The translations under genes were made by a program, and so were the position numbers. A stretch of 64,000 bases of DNA. Origin: Cycas panzhihuaensis. Its lineage: Eukaryota > Plantae > Cycadophyta. This document shows positions 13,321-26,900 of this stretch, piece by piece; within the stretch, counting starts at the first letter, position 1; every line of letters starts with the position of its first letter. Where the stretch lies: assembly GCA_023213395.1 (NCBI GenBank), contig CM041465.1, positions 77,755,741-77,819,740 on the forward strand, read 5' to 3'. Below the pieces are notes generated by a model. It had not been told where the DNA came from. It saw only the letters and a list, made by a program, of their open reading frames with translations, and made no database searches.

Positions 13321-13590
13321 AAGTCTATTGTATATAGTTTTGGAATCATTCTTTTGGAGCTACTAACAGAGAAGAAAACTATCAATAATAGTTCTAATCT
13401 ACATCAATTGATGCTTTCCAAAGCAGATAACAACACGATGATGGAGGCTATAGATCTAGAAGTATCTATCACTTGCATAAATCTTAGACTTGTGAAAAAA
13501 ACCTTCTAGCTTGCTCTACGGTATACTAAGAAACAACCTTTTGATCAACCTACCATGTAGGTGGTGTCAAGGATTTTGTTGTCACTACTT
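13321..13590 (+). pseudogene. ERL: ERECTA/ERECTA-like LRR receptor kinase C-terminal kinase fragment (subdomains IX-XI), pseudogenised
   Basis: KSIVYSFGIILLELLTEKKTINNSSNLHQLMLSKADNNTMMEAIDLEVSITCINLRLVKKTF*LALRYTKKQPFDQPTM*VVSRILLSLL. This is colinear with the ER/ERL motif [48 protein letters not shown]...FQLALLCTK...RPTM. Two in-frame stops, no frameshift. Confidence 0.9.
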
Positions 13591-13666
13591 ATAGTTGTTG
13601 TATATCTACAACCTACATGAAAAAAATAGTGGAAGTCTTTAGGGTTTGAATTTGTTTATGGCATTA

Positions 13667-13671
13667 ATACA

Positions 13672-13710
<39 letters not shown>
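13667..13710. repeat. (AC)n/(AT)n microsatellite
   Basis: Read directly from the sequence. Confidence 0.9.
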
Positions 13711-15165
13711 TGATATATTTTAAAATTTGATTAAAAAATTCAAAGTTTTTTAGAAAATTTAATTAAATTTAAATGTTGTTTAAGTAACCTCTTACCTACT
13801 AGTTGATAGTCACATGGAAGTGATGACATGACTACGAGCCTAAATGTCAAAGGGGCTACGTACCTTTTAAAGATTTTTATTTTTTTTACTTTTAAGGATC
13901 TAACTACACAATTTTACTTATATCTTTTACATATGGACTCTATTTTTTATTTCATCACCTGCATTGGAATCATACTTCACTCCTCCTCAAAATGAGTGCT
14001 TATTTAATACCATTTGAGTTTGTCTTGTAAGTGAAAATGAAGATTAAAGTTGAGTAATTTTTTTATATAAAAGATATACTTAACAAATATAGAATTTAAT
14101 GCCATGTAAGATCTTGAAGTCTATGTTTAATCATTTAATGTCAATACCTTTCATGGTGAATGAAGTTTAATGTTAATATTGCATAGGTTTATTTAAAAAT
14201 TATGCTTAAAAATGTCTAAGTTTAGTGATTTCTGGTGCCCTACAAAGTGACCAATGGTGATGACATTATTGATTTAGCATGTAAGACCTTGGTATTGACA
14301 TTGCATATGTTAGCTAAGTATTAAAAGCCAATGTTGTATGGCAAATTTAAAAATTTTAGCATTAGGGGGGAGTCCTTTTTAATAGTAATAGGTGATCAAA
14401 TACAAGAGGTAGATATCTTAGTTTAATTATTTTTTAGTGTGAAACTCACTTAAAACACATGAGAATGATGTACATATCTTTTATGAAATTTTATTATGTT
14501 AAAGTTAAAATATACGATTGATGTTATATTTTAAAAATTTTCATGTAATATTATCCTTGCAATCTTTAAGGGGTCAATGAAATCCCCATGCTTACAACCT
14601 TATTTAGTTTTTAAGACCCCTAATATGTTAGGGTCATTAGTATGTAAGCACCATAGGGCATGTTTGTAAGGCTATAGTACCCACTATTATATTTCTATCT
14701 ATTAAATTCTCAAGAAAGCTACCTTATAATCCCATTTACTAAGAGGTGGGACACTCTTTCTAATTACTCTTGCATATTTCTAACATATTTAATAGGCTGC
14801 ATAGGACAACATATTTGCAAAATAGTGTTGATGATGAAGTTAATTCAACCATGTAACTAAAGTGACAACCTGTAAAACTGGCAGTCACATTGGTTGGTTA
14901 CCCATGTAGTCCAGTAGATGGAGTTATATTCATATAGACATTAATAATTTGATAAAGAATAATATATCTTAAAGCAACTACAACAATAAAAAAATAAAGA
15001 AACAATAATAGTAGATATGGAAATAATAAAATAAACATTAAGTGGGAAAAATATTGGGTATAATATTTGGACTAACATTTAATTCATTAGTCATTGTCTA
15101 GATCCTCCTTTCATGCTCTTATAACCCTCGAGATTATTCTAATTATTATATTGTTCTTATCTTTA

Positions 15166-15167
<2 letters not shown>

Positions 15168-15209
<42 letters not shown>
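15168..15209. repeat. (TA)n expansion in the 3' LTR of H
   Basis: Absent from the 5' LTR at the equivalent position. Confidence 0.95.
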
Positions 15210-15211
<2 letters not shown>

Positions 15212-15732
15212 TAGGTATCTTGGTTTGTATACCAAGCCTATCAAGAGTACACCATTGTTGGTCTTGTAAGATCTCAGACATGTATGAATATACTATATAT
15301 GTATGTACATTTTGTATTATAATATAACAAGTAGTGATCATTTTCATTATCCATCTATTGTATCTTATATTTCTTCTCTCAAGATATGGTATCACTTTAA
15401 TAACATATTTAACAAATATGTAACTAAGATTAGGGCAAAGTGAAGTGTTAATAAGAGCTACATATAGTTGTTAAAAGTCACATGAAGATGGGATATCAAA
15501 CTAATAGGTAATATTATTTATTTGATTATTATGGATATTTATTATACATGTAGATCTATATTCTTGAGAGTATATAAGGTTATGAAGTACATCCATAAGT
15601 TTATTGCCCAAGCAAGATTAATCACCTTGTAAGAATGAGGTGTTGAACTAGCAATCCATTAGTGAATGTAAAATAGGCAACTGACCTATATAGTATTACA
15701 TAATAACTTAAATGAAATAAATTATCATGGTA

Positions 15733-18700
15733 TGTGTTTCCCGGCTTCCAGGAATGGATACGGAATCACCGACTCAGGTAAGTGTAGGTATGTTTCTCGC
15801 ATTATCATCGCTTTCATTTGATGAGTGTTTGCTTGCATGTCTGCATGTGTGTGGCTTTGTGGGTGACTTTGTCATCGTCCACACTTATTTTAGCCTATGA
15901 CGACTATAGCGGGGGCACACTCCTAGTGAGTGTGGCACCCTGGTGGCCACTTCACTTCCTGCATCTACCCTCCTCGCTTCAAGATCCACTAGGTTCATGC
16001 CACCTCTGCTCGTGCGATGACCGGTCATCGTTTTGGTTGACTTGCCACTCTATTCGAGCCCTATTTTTGCTCTATTGGACCCGTTTGTTGGCCTGTTTGC
16101 CCCCGAGTAGGTGTCTTAGCCCCCCATTGGCCCTTTTTGTCATCTGCCCCTAGCCCAGGCTGGCTGGCCGGGCCTGTTTTTGCCTCTAGGTTCGTCTCAC
16201 GAATTTCTGCGGTACCATAGAATATTGCGATCTGCGCGGAGTTCTTGTGACGTTGTTCTAATTTATTTTTTTAAAATCCGTTGTGGCAATTTCTCATTTA
16301 TTGCGAAACTGCCACGTGGCTCGCGACTTGACTCTCTCCCAACCATGCCCTAATCGCTCGCTTTAGGGTTTAGGTTGGCTATTTAAGGCATGAATTACTC
16401 AATTTTGGAACTTTTTCAGCTCATTCTTGAATTGCTCCTCAAAGAAACACGGCTGTGCTCTGCTCTTCCCTGCTACTCTACTGCTATCACAGGACCTGCG
16501 CCCCTCCTACAGTGCCCTGCTCTCCTTTGGTGTGGCTAGGACATTCTCCCAGCCCCTCATGCACCTTGGAGAGGGACCCTCAGAGAGGTTCCAGTAGATC
16601 TTTGCCCAAGCAGTCCACAAGTGCTCCAAGTGCAGGTGTTTCCCTTCCAACCTCCTTAGCAGGGCCCCAAACCTGCTGCACTCTAGATCTGGGCTGATTT
16701 CTCAGCCCCTCTTCGCTGCCCTTTAGCTGAGGCAAGTCTCTTGTCTCCCTCACTCAGGTATTTCTTGATTTACATTGTTTTTCTTGCGATATTAATGCTC
16801 CATCTTGCTTGCTCCTTGCTTGTCCTTGTGAGTTTGGTTCTTCCCTTTTAGTGGGCTGTTTTGCCACTGTCTTTGTGCCTCTTGCCTGTATTTGCTGCTC
16901 AAGGCAGCAGCGTTGAGGGTTGGCATAGGCTTTGGGAAGGAGCTGGGTGGATTCTGTACCACCTTCCACGCTCCCTAAGTAGCTCTAAGCCTCCCAAATC
17001 CTCCCTCTCGCCCTGTGCTGTCCTTGGCGCACAAACAAGGGTTAGTTGGACCTCATTTAGCCGCTAAAACCAGTGCTAGCACAAGTTGCAGTGCTGATTT
17101 GAGGGCTTTGGGCTCAGGTTTGGGCAACTTACATAAGCCCCAACCGCTGGTCTTTGCCTAACTTTCTTCCCGGCTGCCCAGCTTGCTCTTCATAGCATCC
17201 CGGTTTGCCGCAGGTTTTCCTTGGCCCCTCTTTGCCTCCTCGTTGCCATTTCTAGCCCTTGCTCTTGGCCTTGCCCTCGCTGCCTTGTGGCTCTTGGGGG
17301 GAGGTTAGGGTGTCATTTGCGGGAGGTGGGCCACTTCGAGGCTTGCCGATCATCTGCCTTTGTTTTGGTTACTCTCTTTTGTGTACTTTCATCGTTGGAT
17401 TGATACTAACACATGTGTATTTAGATTCATATTTGTACTATTTAGATATATATTGTTAGAATCTTGTATTGCATGTTAGTATCCTTCCTCTGAGAAGGGA
17501 GAGATTTCCATTGCTTGCAGGCACTTGGGGAGCGTGGAGGATATTGTCCGTTAGTTCTGTTGCCAGTACGTGCCCTCATGTACATCGCACTTTTGTACTT
17601 CTTCATTTACTAGCATTTGCTTCCTTTCTTTCCTTGGCCTCACATTTGGTATTTTTCCGGGGAAGGTAAGGGAGCCCCTTTTCAATCCGCCGCAACATCC
17701 CGCATCTAACGCGCCGCGTGGAGTAGCTTGGTGCCCTTCGAGAAAGCCCTCGTCACGCATGCTCTCGGTCCAGGTGCACATCTTACTCTACCTTGCTCCC
17801 ATTTTTTTCCTTTTGATTTCTCCTTTAGTAATTAACACATTGGAAAACAAAAGGGAAAATTTGATCTTGCTTTGATTATGCTTTATTTGTTTTAGTACAT
17901 GTATCTTTGCTACTCATAGAAAAGGCTATAGGAACCCCCCCCTCTACCTTTCCTCTTCTTCGCTCAGCCGCATAAGTTTCTTGCCTCCTGCGTTGCTTGT
18001 GTACCCGGTTAGCTCGCTTAGGCACACCCTTGACCTATTTTTCTTAGATCTTCTTCTTCCCCTTCCAGCCACCCAAGGGTGGGGGGGTCCTATCCATAGG
18101 TCAACCCAGGTTTTCCCTACCCATCTTCACCCTTTGTTCGAAGTGGTGGAGGATCACTTGTTAGTAGCCATATTCCATTGTAGACCCTGAACTCGCGCTC
18201 CAGCGCACGAGGCGCTCTACGTGGTAACTATTTTCCTCATAGGTTCCACCTTCAGTTATATTACCACCCACTCTCACTACACCTATTAGTTAGGTAGCTA
18301 TCCGCCGTAGCGTGTCCCTTTGGCGACCATCTTGAGGGCCCCGAAGAGGAGCTAATTTCTGCTCTCTTTCGTTGGTTTCACTACCTTCTTGTGATCCTTT
18401 CATACCTATTTCGATCTCTACGTTGGGCAGCCCCCAACGCGTGTGCCTTTTCCTTTTCCCTAACATTGCCGGTTGATCTTGCATGTGATGCTTTTCTCAT
18501 CGTTTGCGCGGTCTACCTCCATTGTTAGAAGACCCCAAGTATCACCCTCTTCCTTTGTCAGATTCTGATCTGACTATGGAGGGATACTCTTCTGATTGGG
18601 CCTACCACACTTCAACCTTGGAAACCCATGCTTTTCCTTCCTCTATTCCCGGGTCCACCCAAGAGGGTGATGACCCCCTTTATTACCCAAATGACCAATA

Positions 18701-20389
18701 CCTCTCACTTGATGTCCATCCCTCTACCCGTGTCATAAAAGGATCCGCCCCTCTTGAGACTTGCCACGTAGTTGGTGATTCTTATGAGGAGCATTCCGAG
18801 GAACCTACTTTGTTCGAGGTCCCGATTACCTCTTACGAGTACGTAGGAACCCCTCCCGTTGACGTAGTTGAAGCTCTCAACGAGTGTCGCCGTGCGGCAC
18901 ACTTGCAATCGCGTCCTAGATGGCTTGAGGGTGCCCTTCATGGAGGAGCCTCTTCCTCTTCCGCTCCTCCCCCGCATGCCTCATCCTCATCTACTCTTCC
19001 TCTAACAACGAATCCCTTTGTGCCTATGCACATGTCTCGCTCCTTTCCTATTCCCGCAGTGGGGGCATGTGTCGCGCCTTTCATTTCTCATCGAGGTCCT
19101 AGTGTTTCAGGATCTCCCCGTGGTGTGTCTTTCCATCAATTGAAGGTTAGCATACCCGTCCCTAATCAAACCAATGTGCCATCTCCTAATGTGGCACATG
19201 TTGCTCCTAGTAGGCCTGCTGGTTCTACTAGCATCACGACTACTAGCCATGTGGGATCTGCTCCCACACGTCCTCAAAACCAACACGTTGGTGCTTCCTT
19301 CTATGTTCCCCCAGGGTATACTTCTCAACCTTGGGGGTAAGGTAGAGGAAGCCATTTCCCAGTTTATGTGGTGGATCCGCTACACCCATATGGGGTCACT
19401 CCACCAACGGGTGGCCCATATGGGCAAAACCCGATTCCACATCCATCTTGCCCACCATCCAATGCAATCCCATCCATTGTGCCTTCGTAAGGGAACCCAA
19501 CTCCCTTCCAAGGCACCTACCCCCATGCCTCCTTTCAGCAAGGGGCGTTTCCTCAAGGAGGGATGGGTGTTCCACCCCCATCCGCTCCTTGTTCGTTACC
19601 TACTATGACGTTCGTTGATCCTATGGTCTAGGCGAGGGCACACCCCTTTATAGACTTTAGGTCAACACCTCTTTCCATTAAGGCGTTAAGAACCAACTTG
19701 TCGCCTCATCCCCCTGAAGTTCCTAGATTCGATGGAACTTCGTCGCAAGACCCGGCAGAGCATGTGCATAGTTTTTCTATGGCATGCATCGATTACTGGG
19801 CTTACGACCATATTTTAATAAAATTATTCCCGCGATCCTTGCAGGGCGACGCCCTCAAGTGGTTCTACCATCTTCCTGCCCATTCTCTCCATTCATTCCA
19901 ACAATTGGTGGACGAGTTCATCAACTATTTTGATGTAGCCCGTCCATTCGAGAGCATAATGAAGTCCCTTCTTTCGCTCAAACAAGGTCACGATGAGATG
20001 AATCGTGACTTTGTGTGGTGATTCCACGACTTGCTTCACTCCACTAAGGCAACATTACCCGAGGAGCTATAGCGAGACCTTTTCGTCAACGCACTTCGTC
20101 CCGAAGTTTATGTGGAAGTCCTCAAGATGGGGGCGACCACATGTGACTCCGCAATTACCAAGTGTTTGCCGTTGGAGGCTATTGAGATCCAAGCTGGTCT
20201 CAAGAAACCTCTTAAGCCCTCACAGCGCCGTGAGGCACCACCCCCAACCAAGGATACCAAACCTTCCCAACCTACCCGATCTTCCTCTCATCTGACTGAG
20301 AGGACTTTAGACCCTCTCACATCAGCCATACGCTCATTTGAGCATACGATGAAGGAACTCAAGCTTCAAGCTCCTTCAAGCTTCAAGCT
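15733..20389 (+). mobile_element. Younger, GC-rich, 3'-truncated Ty3/gypsy element (long LTR plus gag)
   Basis: Abrupt rise in GC/CpG. Putative LTR TGTG...CACA at 15733-17780, then a Retrotrans_gag ORF. Ends abruptly at a 14-bp duplication. Confidence 0.85.
18483..20389 (+). pseudogene. gag: Gypsy gag: Pro/Ser-rich N-terminus plus Retrotrans_gag core
   Basis: ORFs 18504, 19698 and 20112 share one frame from ATG 18483. Motifs PRFDGTSSQDPAEHV, KLFPRSLQGDALKWFYHLP, LKQGHDE. All six stops are TGA/TAA/TAG, compatible with C->T changes. Confidence 0.85.
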
Positions 20390-23300
20390 ATTACTACCAT
20401 TGTTATATTATATTGTTATGTGGATAAGAAAATAAGAAGTTATCATGTAGATCTATGAGTCCATCACATGGATGTAAGATATTAGTTCTTGCCATTGCAA
20501 ACTAAAATAGATTTAAGAGTGTAGGCCCTTAAAGATTTATGACCAATTACCATTTATGGAAGAAGATAACCAGATATTGGTGAAAGGTCTGACATAAAGG
20601 GTTTTATTTTGTCATGGGAAAGTGGTTAATATAGACTATATGGTGTGTTTTCCATTAGGCAAATGATGTTGGAAGCTTAAACCCAACTATTTGAATGTAG
20701 TACCTTCTTTCTATTCTATGTAGTCGCCTTGTATAGCCACAATCTGAAATACATAGTTATCATTATGTATATGTGTCATTGTTGGTTTGATAATAAAGAG
20801 AACCTCTATAGATAACACTATACCCCTTACATATGATATAAATTATTAGTCTAATCTCATAATTGAGTTTTGCTTCTAGATTTATCAAAATGTTGATCTA
20901 CAATTTTATGTTTTTTCCATTGCCCAATACCTTAATTGATACCATGACAAACAAATTATTTTTGGTAAAATAAGGTTATTCTTACAATGTTAAATTTATG
21001 TTTAACTATATTAAAGTTTATATTAAAATCCTTGAATCCTATCAATGAGTTAGAAGTTGGACATATGGAAGTACAACCATGACTAAGAACTTAACAAAAA
21101 TGGTGTTTAAGTAATTTTATGTTATGTTTTAATTTTTTAAAGATATATTGATGCCTTTTCAAGTATAATTTTTGCATCTAAAATTAGATTTAGAAACTAT
21201 CCATTTCATTAGAAAATACATTTAGATATGGTTGAAATGAGTGGTCATAAGGTATATTTCAGAGATTACATCATGGAGATTTTAATGACTAAATTTGGAT
21301 ACTATATTTTTGACATAATTAAAGTTATAATTTTTGGGAATTTTGATATATGATTTGGAATTTTTTTGAAGATTTTAAAGGCTTATAAGTATATATTGAT
21401 GCAAATGGGTGGCTAAGGATGAGAGTGAATTCAAATTTAGTTAAAATTTGGTAAAAAGTGTCATATTTAATGCTCATTTATGACATTTTAAGGCTCAATA
21501 TTAAAGTTGTGGGAACTTGATTTGATATTGAATTTGGTAAGACATGTTAAACATGATAGTTAAAATCCCCCTTAAATTTTATCAAATTTAATCTAGTGGA
21601 TGCACAACACTAATTAAATGCATTTGATATTATTTTGATGGTTTTATTGGAATGATTACTTGATTTATTCATAATAAGAAAATACCACCTATTTTATATT
21701 TATTTTAGAGAAGGGCCTAGTTCTTATTTATTGAGATTAGTTGAGTTATTTCCATCTATTATGAGATATGAAGAAGTCTTGTATGTTGATTACTTTCTAC
21801 TATATTTAGCTATTGAGGAGTCTAGTTGATATGCATTTGTTAGTAAGAAATTTGATATTCTATGTATGATAAGAAACATAGAAACACATTTTTAATATTA
21901 TCTTGTTATAGTTAACTTGACTTGGCTAGGTGGTACACTATATTCCTTGAGTTAGTTGGTTAAAGAGTTGAGAATTAATGAGATTGATTAGTTTCTAAAT
22001 AAAAGCTACAAAAGATGTGTGCAAAAGTACTGATGGAGGCAACATATAAGTTTTCTCATACACAAGAGGCCAAATAGAATGGTGCTACTTTTGTATATCA
22101 TATTGGCCTAATAACTAATATTGTTTTAATTATCTTATTTTATATACTAATGAACTTCATATAAGAAATACGTCTTATAGAACTAGAGATTATAGAGACT
22201 GGTTATCAATGTATTTTGGTAGATGGTTATTATTTTACATAGACATTAGTAATCATTTTAACTCAAGATATTTTGAGATAACAAAGTTGAAAGTATTGAT
22301 TATTACAATTTTATAAGTAGAGATATGAAGCTATTAAGAAGAGACTTTATATATCATGATAAGTTAAGAGAAATTAATTATAGTTGTTTGATGGTTAATT
22401 GATGATATTTTATAGGTTTTCATAGGTAGTTGATTTCATATGGTTGGTTTCATATATTTGGTTACAAATTAATTACAGGTTTATATGATACGTTGTTTAT
22501 AGGATTTGCTTATAGGAGACAAGTGATTGAAGACAATTTTGACAGATTGATTTATAGGTGATATAAAAAAAATGAAAATACATATAGGTAGGTGATCCAA
22601 CATGAAGATATGAAGATGAAAATATAAGATGAAGCCATTAAACTAAAATCATTTGAAGATTTAAAAATTAATCATTAAGAGAGAGTGTTAGAATGTTAAA
22701 ATTCATAAATATTAATGAGTAATATTTAATTAGTGGTTAAGAGGTCAAAGTTAACATTAGATGATGTGAAAGAGTCCCATACACATAATTGGATTAGATA
22801 ATATAAAGGCAAAAGATGATTGGCTATTGATGAGGTTACACATTTACATAAGGGTATTGTATATTATAAATAAAATTAGATTATTTAGTCCTCTGTGTGA
22901 GAATATGATGATTTATCATATAGATAGTTTATTATTCTTCTTAATATGAGATCTTATAAACATTTGGAGGTGGTTTTTCCCATTTATGGGTTTTCCACAT
23001 TAAACATGGTGTACATATAATGTTTGTATTATTATCTCTTACGTCTTTATCTTATCATTTATTATGTTCATGATATACTTGATAGAAGAATTAATGATAT
23101 ATTTTATTAATTTATTATAGATCAATTGTATTATTAATGTAACTTTTATATATAATATATGTTGAGGGATTTATTATTATAAATAGGCTTAGTCACAACT
23201 TAATGTTATGAACCTAGGTATGTGGAGTTGATTTTATCCTCAATATTTTAATAATATAAAGTTGGCTAATCATGTAAGGTGCCAATTATCACCTTGCATG

Positions 23301-23860
23301 ATCTTATATTAATATTCTCATTGTATTTGATAATAGCCTTTTTTGTTCTTTATGCGAGGCTTTTCATGTAAAATTTTATTATCTTATATATTTTATTTTT
23401 CATATGTTAATACAAGCAATACAACTATGAAGTATTATGACAAATTCCTGTTCTTTTATTATTTGATTTTCATGTGAGTGTTTTTGGTGGATATAATAAG
23501 TTTTGAACTTGGGCTAAAACTAGGAACACTTCTCTACTCTCACTTGGTATCAAAGCCAAGTCTTTTACTTAGATTATAATTAGCCTTCTTCATTGTTTAC
23601 CCTCTATAGCTGACCATTAAAGATTGTATTCAATTTATTAAAATACCTTTGTTATTTCCTTTGATTTGTTAATTAAATCAAAGCTTCTGTAGCATCATCT
23701 GTTGACTACATTTAGTTGAATTGAAGAAATGTATCTTCTATTTTAAAGTTGTCTAAATGGCTTCTAAATGAAGAGCTATTTATTACAAAAAATCTATCTT
23801 TATTTAAATGCTTCATAGCCTAAATATATAATCTACTAGCTATTTTTTTAAAGGTTTGAT

Positions 23861-23982
<122 letters not shown>

Positions 23983-26900
23983 CTTATGAAATTATTTTTT
24001 TAGTGCATTTAAGCTTTGTGACCTTGACTATATTCTTTATGGATGCTTGAATACGATCTATTGTACCTCTATTTGTGGCATCTCTATAGATTTAATTTTG
24101 GCATCTTTATAATACTATTAGATTGTTTCATTGCTTGCATGGCTTTTATTCAGTGTTACCTTCTATAATTGCATGTTTTGGAGTATTTACAGCACTAATA
24201 ACCATGTTTAGCCTTCTCTATTGGTAATTCATGGCTTTACTTGGCCCTATATGGCCCTCTTTTTTTCTGATATCTCCTGTCTATTTAGCTACTATTTGCA
24301 TGATTTGATCCTTCTAATCTCTGTGTCTCTTTCAGCTATGTGTTAGAATTTGGCTGTTGGCATTTCAATCTTTGTGATCACTATATGGTCATCTCTTTAT
24401 CACTGCATGGCTATCTCTTTATTCTTGTATGACTATTATTTGCACACCTAATTTTCACACTATGCAGGTGATATTGATTTATAACAAGACGCATAAGATT
24501 CAAAGGTAATCAAAGGTGATCTAGAGACAAATAGAATAGAAAACACAAAGGAATTTTACTCCAATTCCATTGACCTATAACAAATTAAGGATTTGAATGA
24601 TATTATTGACTTTAATAAACTCTTGTGTATTATTGAATTGGAGAAACTATGTCATATGACCATTTATCCTAATCCTACTAGAGTCATCTTCACAGTGGAG
24701 AAGACAGATTGAAATTGTATTGCCTCTGTAGAAAGATCCAACATCCCATATCCAATCTATTCCATTATTTTTTTAAATTCCTACTATCTGATTTAAGTTT
24801 TTATAAAGCTTAAAAACTTTAGGTTACATAAATTAGCATATTTATATAATATTCTTTTTTTAATAAAGGTCCCTAACCTAAAGTCACTTTTTTATTTTTT
24901 TAATCATTTTTTAAGCTTTTTTAGGCCCATTTCTAATATGTGTTGGGTAATTTTTTAGTTTTTAAAGGGTTTTTTTCTATTGTTTCTAGTTAAAACATAA
25001 AATTGAATCAATTAATTACAAAATCTTTTACAAATTAATAAAAAATATTAAGAAAGATAAATACCTAATAAACCACCTAATTACCAGCCTTACAAGGGGA
25101 ATGATTAGGACCCCTAAAGTTACTCCTTCATATATGTTAGTGGTCCTTCTTACATTCTTTAGATATTAGAGAAACCCATTAACTACTAGGTGTAATCAGT
25201 GGTAGCCTGAGGTGTTTATACTTAAAACCATGGAGTTTAGAGATTAGGCTAAACTTAGAGGAGGTGATCACCTTAGTTGTAAGTGTGCCTTTAGATGAGG
25301 ATCTATTGTTCAGGCTATAAATCTAATGCATGTGGGTCAATAATATTAACAGGATGGCCAAACCTTCTATAGCACTCATATACCTTTGGGCATATTGGGT
25401 CCCCAAGTTTCCACTTGTGAGTAAGTATGCCATTAGATAGGACCTTCTCAACTACTAGGGGTTATTTAGGAGTGGAGATACTAAGACTTAGATCTTAAAC
25501 TAGATTACCTTTCTAGGTAGATAATATACATATTAGACATCATTACATTTCATATGATTATAACCAATGCTATTAAACTATCTAGGAGTGATAACTTCTT
25601 GTCTTAGAAGAAACAAGTGAAGAACATTCTGATTATAGACAAACTTTGGCCTTATGTTTTTAGAAAAATTCCTATGCTAGTTACCACTAATGATCCTAAT
25701 GATCTTGATAACCTTATTCCTCCTAATCTTACTACTATAGTTACCTTTACAAAGTTTAATAAAGTTTCCCTTTCTTTTCTACATATGTCCTATAATGATA
25801 ATATTGACCAAAATATTAAACTTACCCCTACCTTTACAAATAGGTGGAATATCATATGTACACTCTATGAGAGGAAGGATAATGCTAGGGTAGTGATACT
25901 TAAAGCCTAGTTTTACTCTATTTTGTTTACAAGATCTATAAGAGCTCATTTGTTATAGATTAAGATGATTAAGAACTAGTTGATAGTGATGGGTTAGCCA
26001 TTAGAGGATAATGACCTTATATCTTGTATTGTTAATGTTTTACCACCTGGTTATAACTCCTTTGTATCTAGTCTATCACATATAGATCAACTTGATACCA
26101 TTGATTTTAATATATTTAAGGGTCTATTACTATAGAAAGAATGTATTTTGAATTATTCAGGTAATCCAGGTACTTCTTATTCCACACCGATAATTATAGC
26201 CTGACATAGAGAAAGACCACAACATCTATAGTTGGCATATTAATTTGGTTTAATGAATTTAAACAAGCAACCTTTTCAATAGCCTAATCAACAACTTTAT
26301 TAGTTATTTTAGCCTCAACCATCTTATAATCCTTAAGTTGTTTGTCACTATTATAGTAAACCTAGATATATAGTACCTAACTATAGAAAAAAGAGAGTTA
26401 ACCTTCAACAACAATAATTTCAGAACCATCCTACTATGCAAGGTAATCAAAATTATAGAAGTAGAAATTATCAATAACCACAAATATAGAAGCAATTAAA
26501 TTACTAGGGATCAAGGAGATAAAATCAAAATACTCCTTAGAGGAACTAGTAGAATAGGAATTATAATTAAAGATAGAATTAAGAAGGCCACATGGTCGAC
26601 TCTCAAAATCTTTTCTTTGTTGCTTTATTAACTCAGTGTTCTAAAATTTCTTCTTAACATTTGATGGGTTCAAAAGAACTCCTTACTAATATAAGACTAA
26701 TTAAGGATCAATTTGTTACTTTTAGAGATGATGGTACTTTAGAGGTTACTAAGAGTGGCAATGTTCCTATCTTACTAAAGAATTCTGACATTCTACATCA
26801 TCTCAATAATGTTTTCTATGTACTCAACATGACATATAACTTACTTTTAGTTAGCTAAATGAATAAACAAAACTTTGATATTTTGTTTAGCCATCTTGGA

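Larger units (their letters stand above)
11638..15414 (+). mobile_element. Non-autonomous LTR element H (LARD/TRIM-like) carrying gene fragments
   Basis: Paired LTRs 11638-11965 and 15052-15414, PBS TGGTATTAGAGC 11968-11979, PPT ATTAAGTGGGAAAAA 15037-15051, flanks GATAT/AATAT (4/5 TSD). No gag/pol recognised. Confidence 0.9.

Noticed and set aside
15818-18484. Cluster of short ORFs on both strands
   Set aside because: Expected by chance in GC-rich LTR/leader sequence, with no domain motifs.
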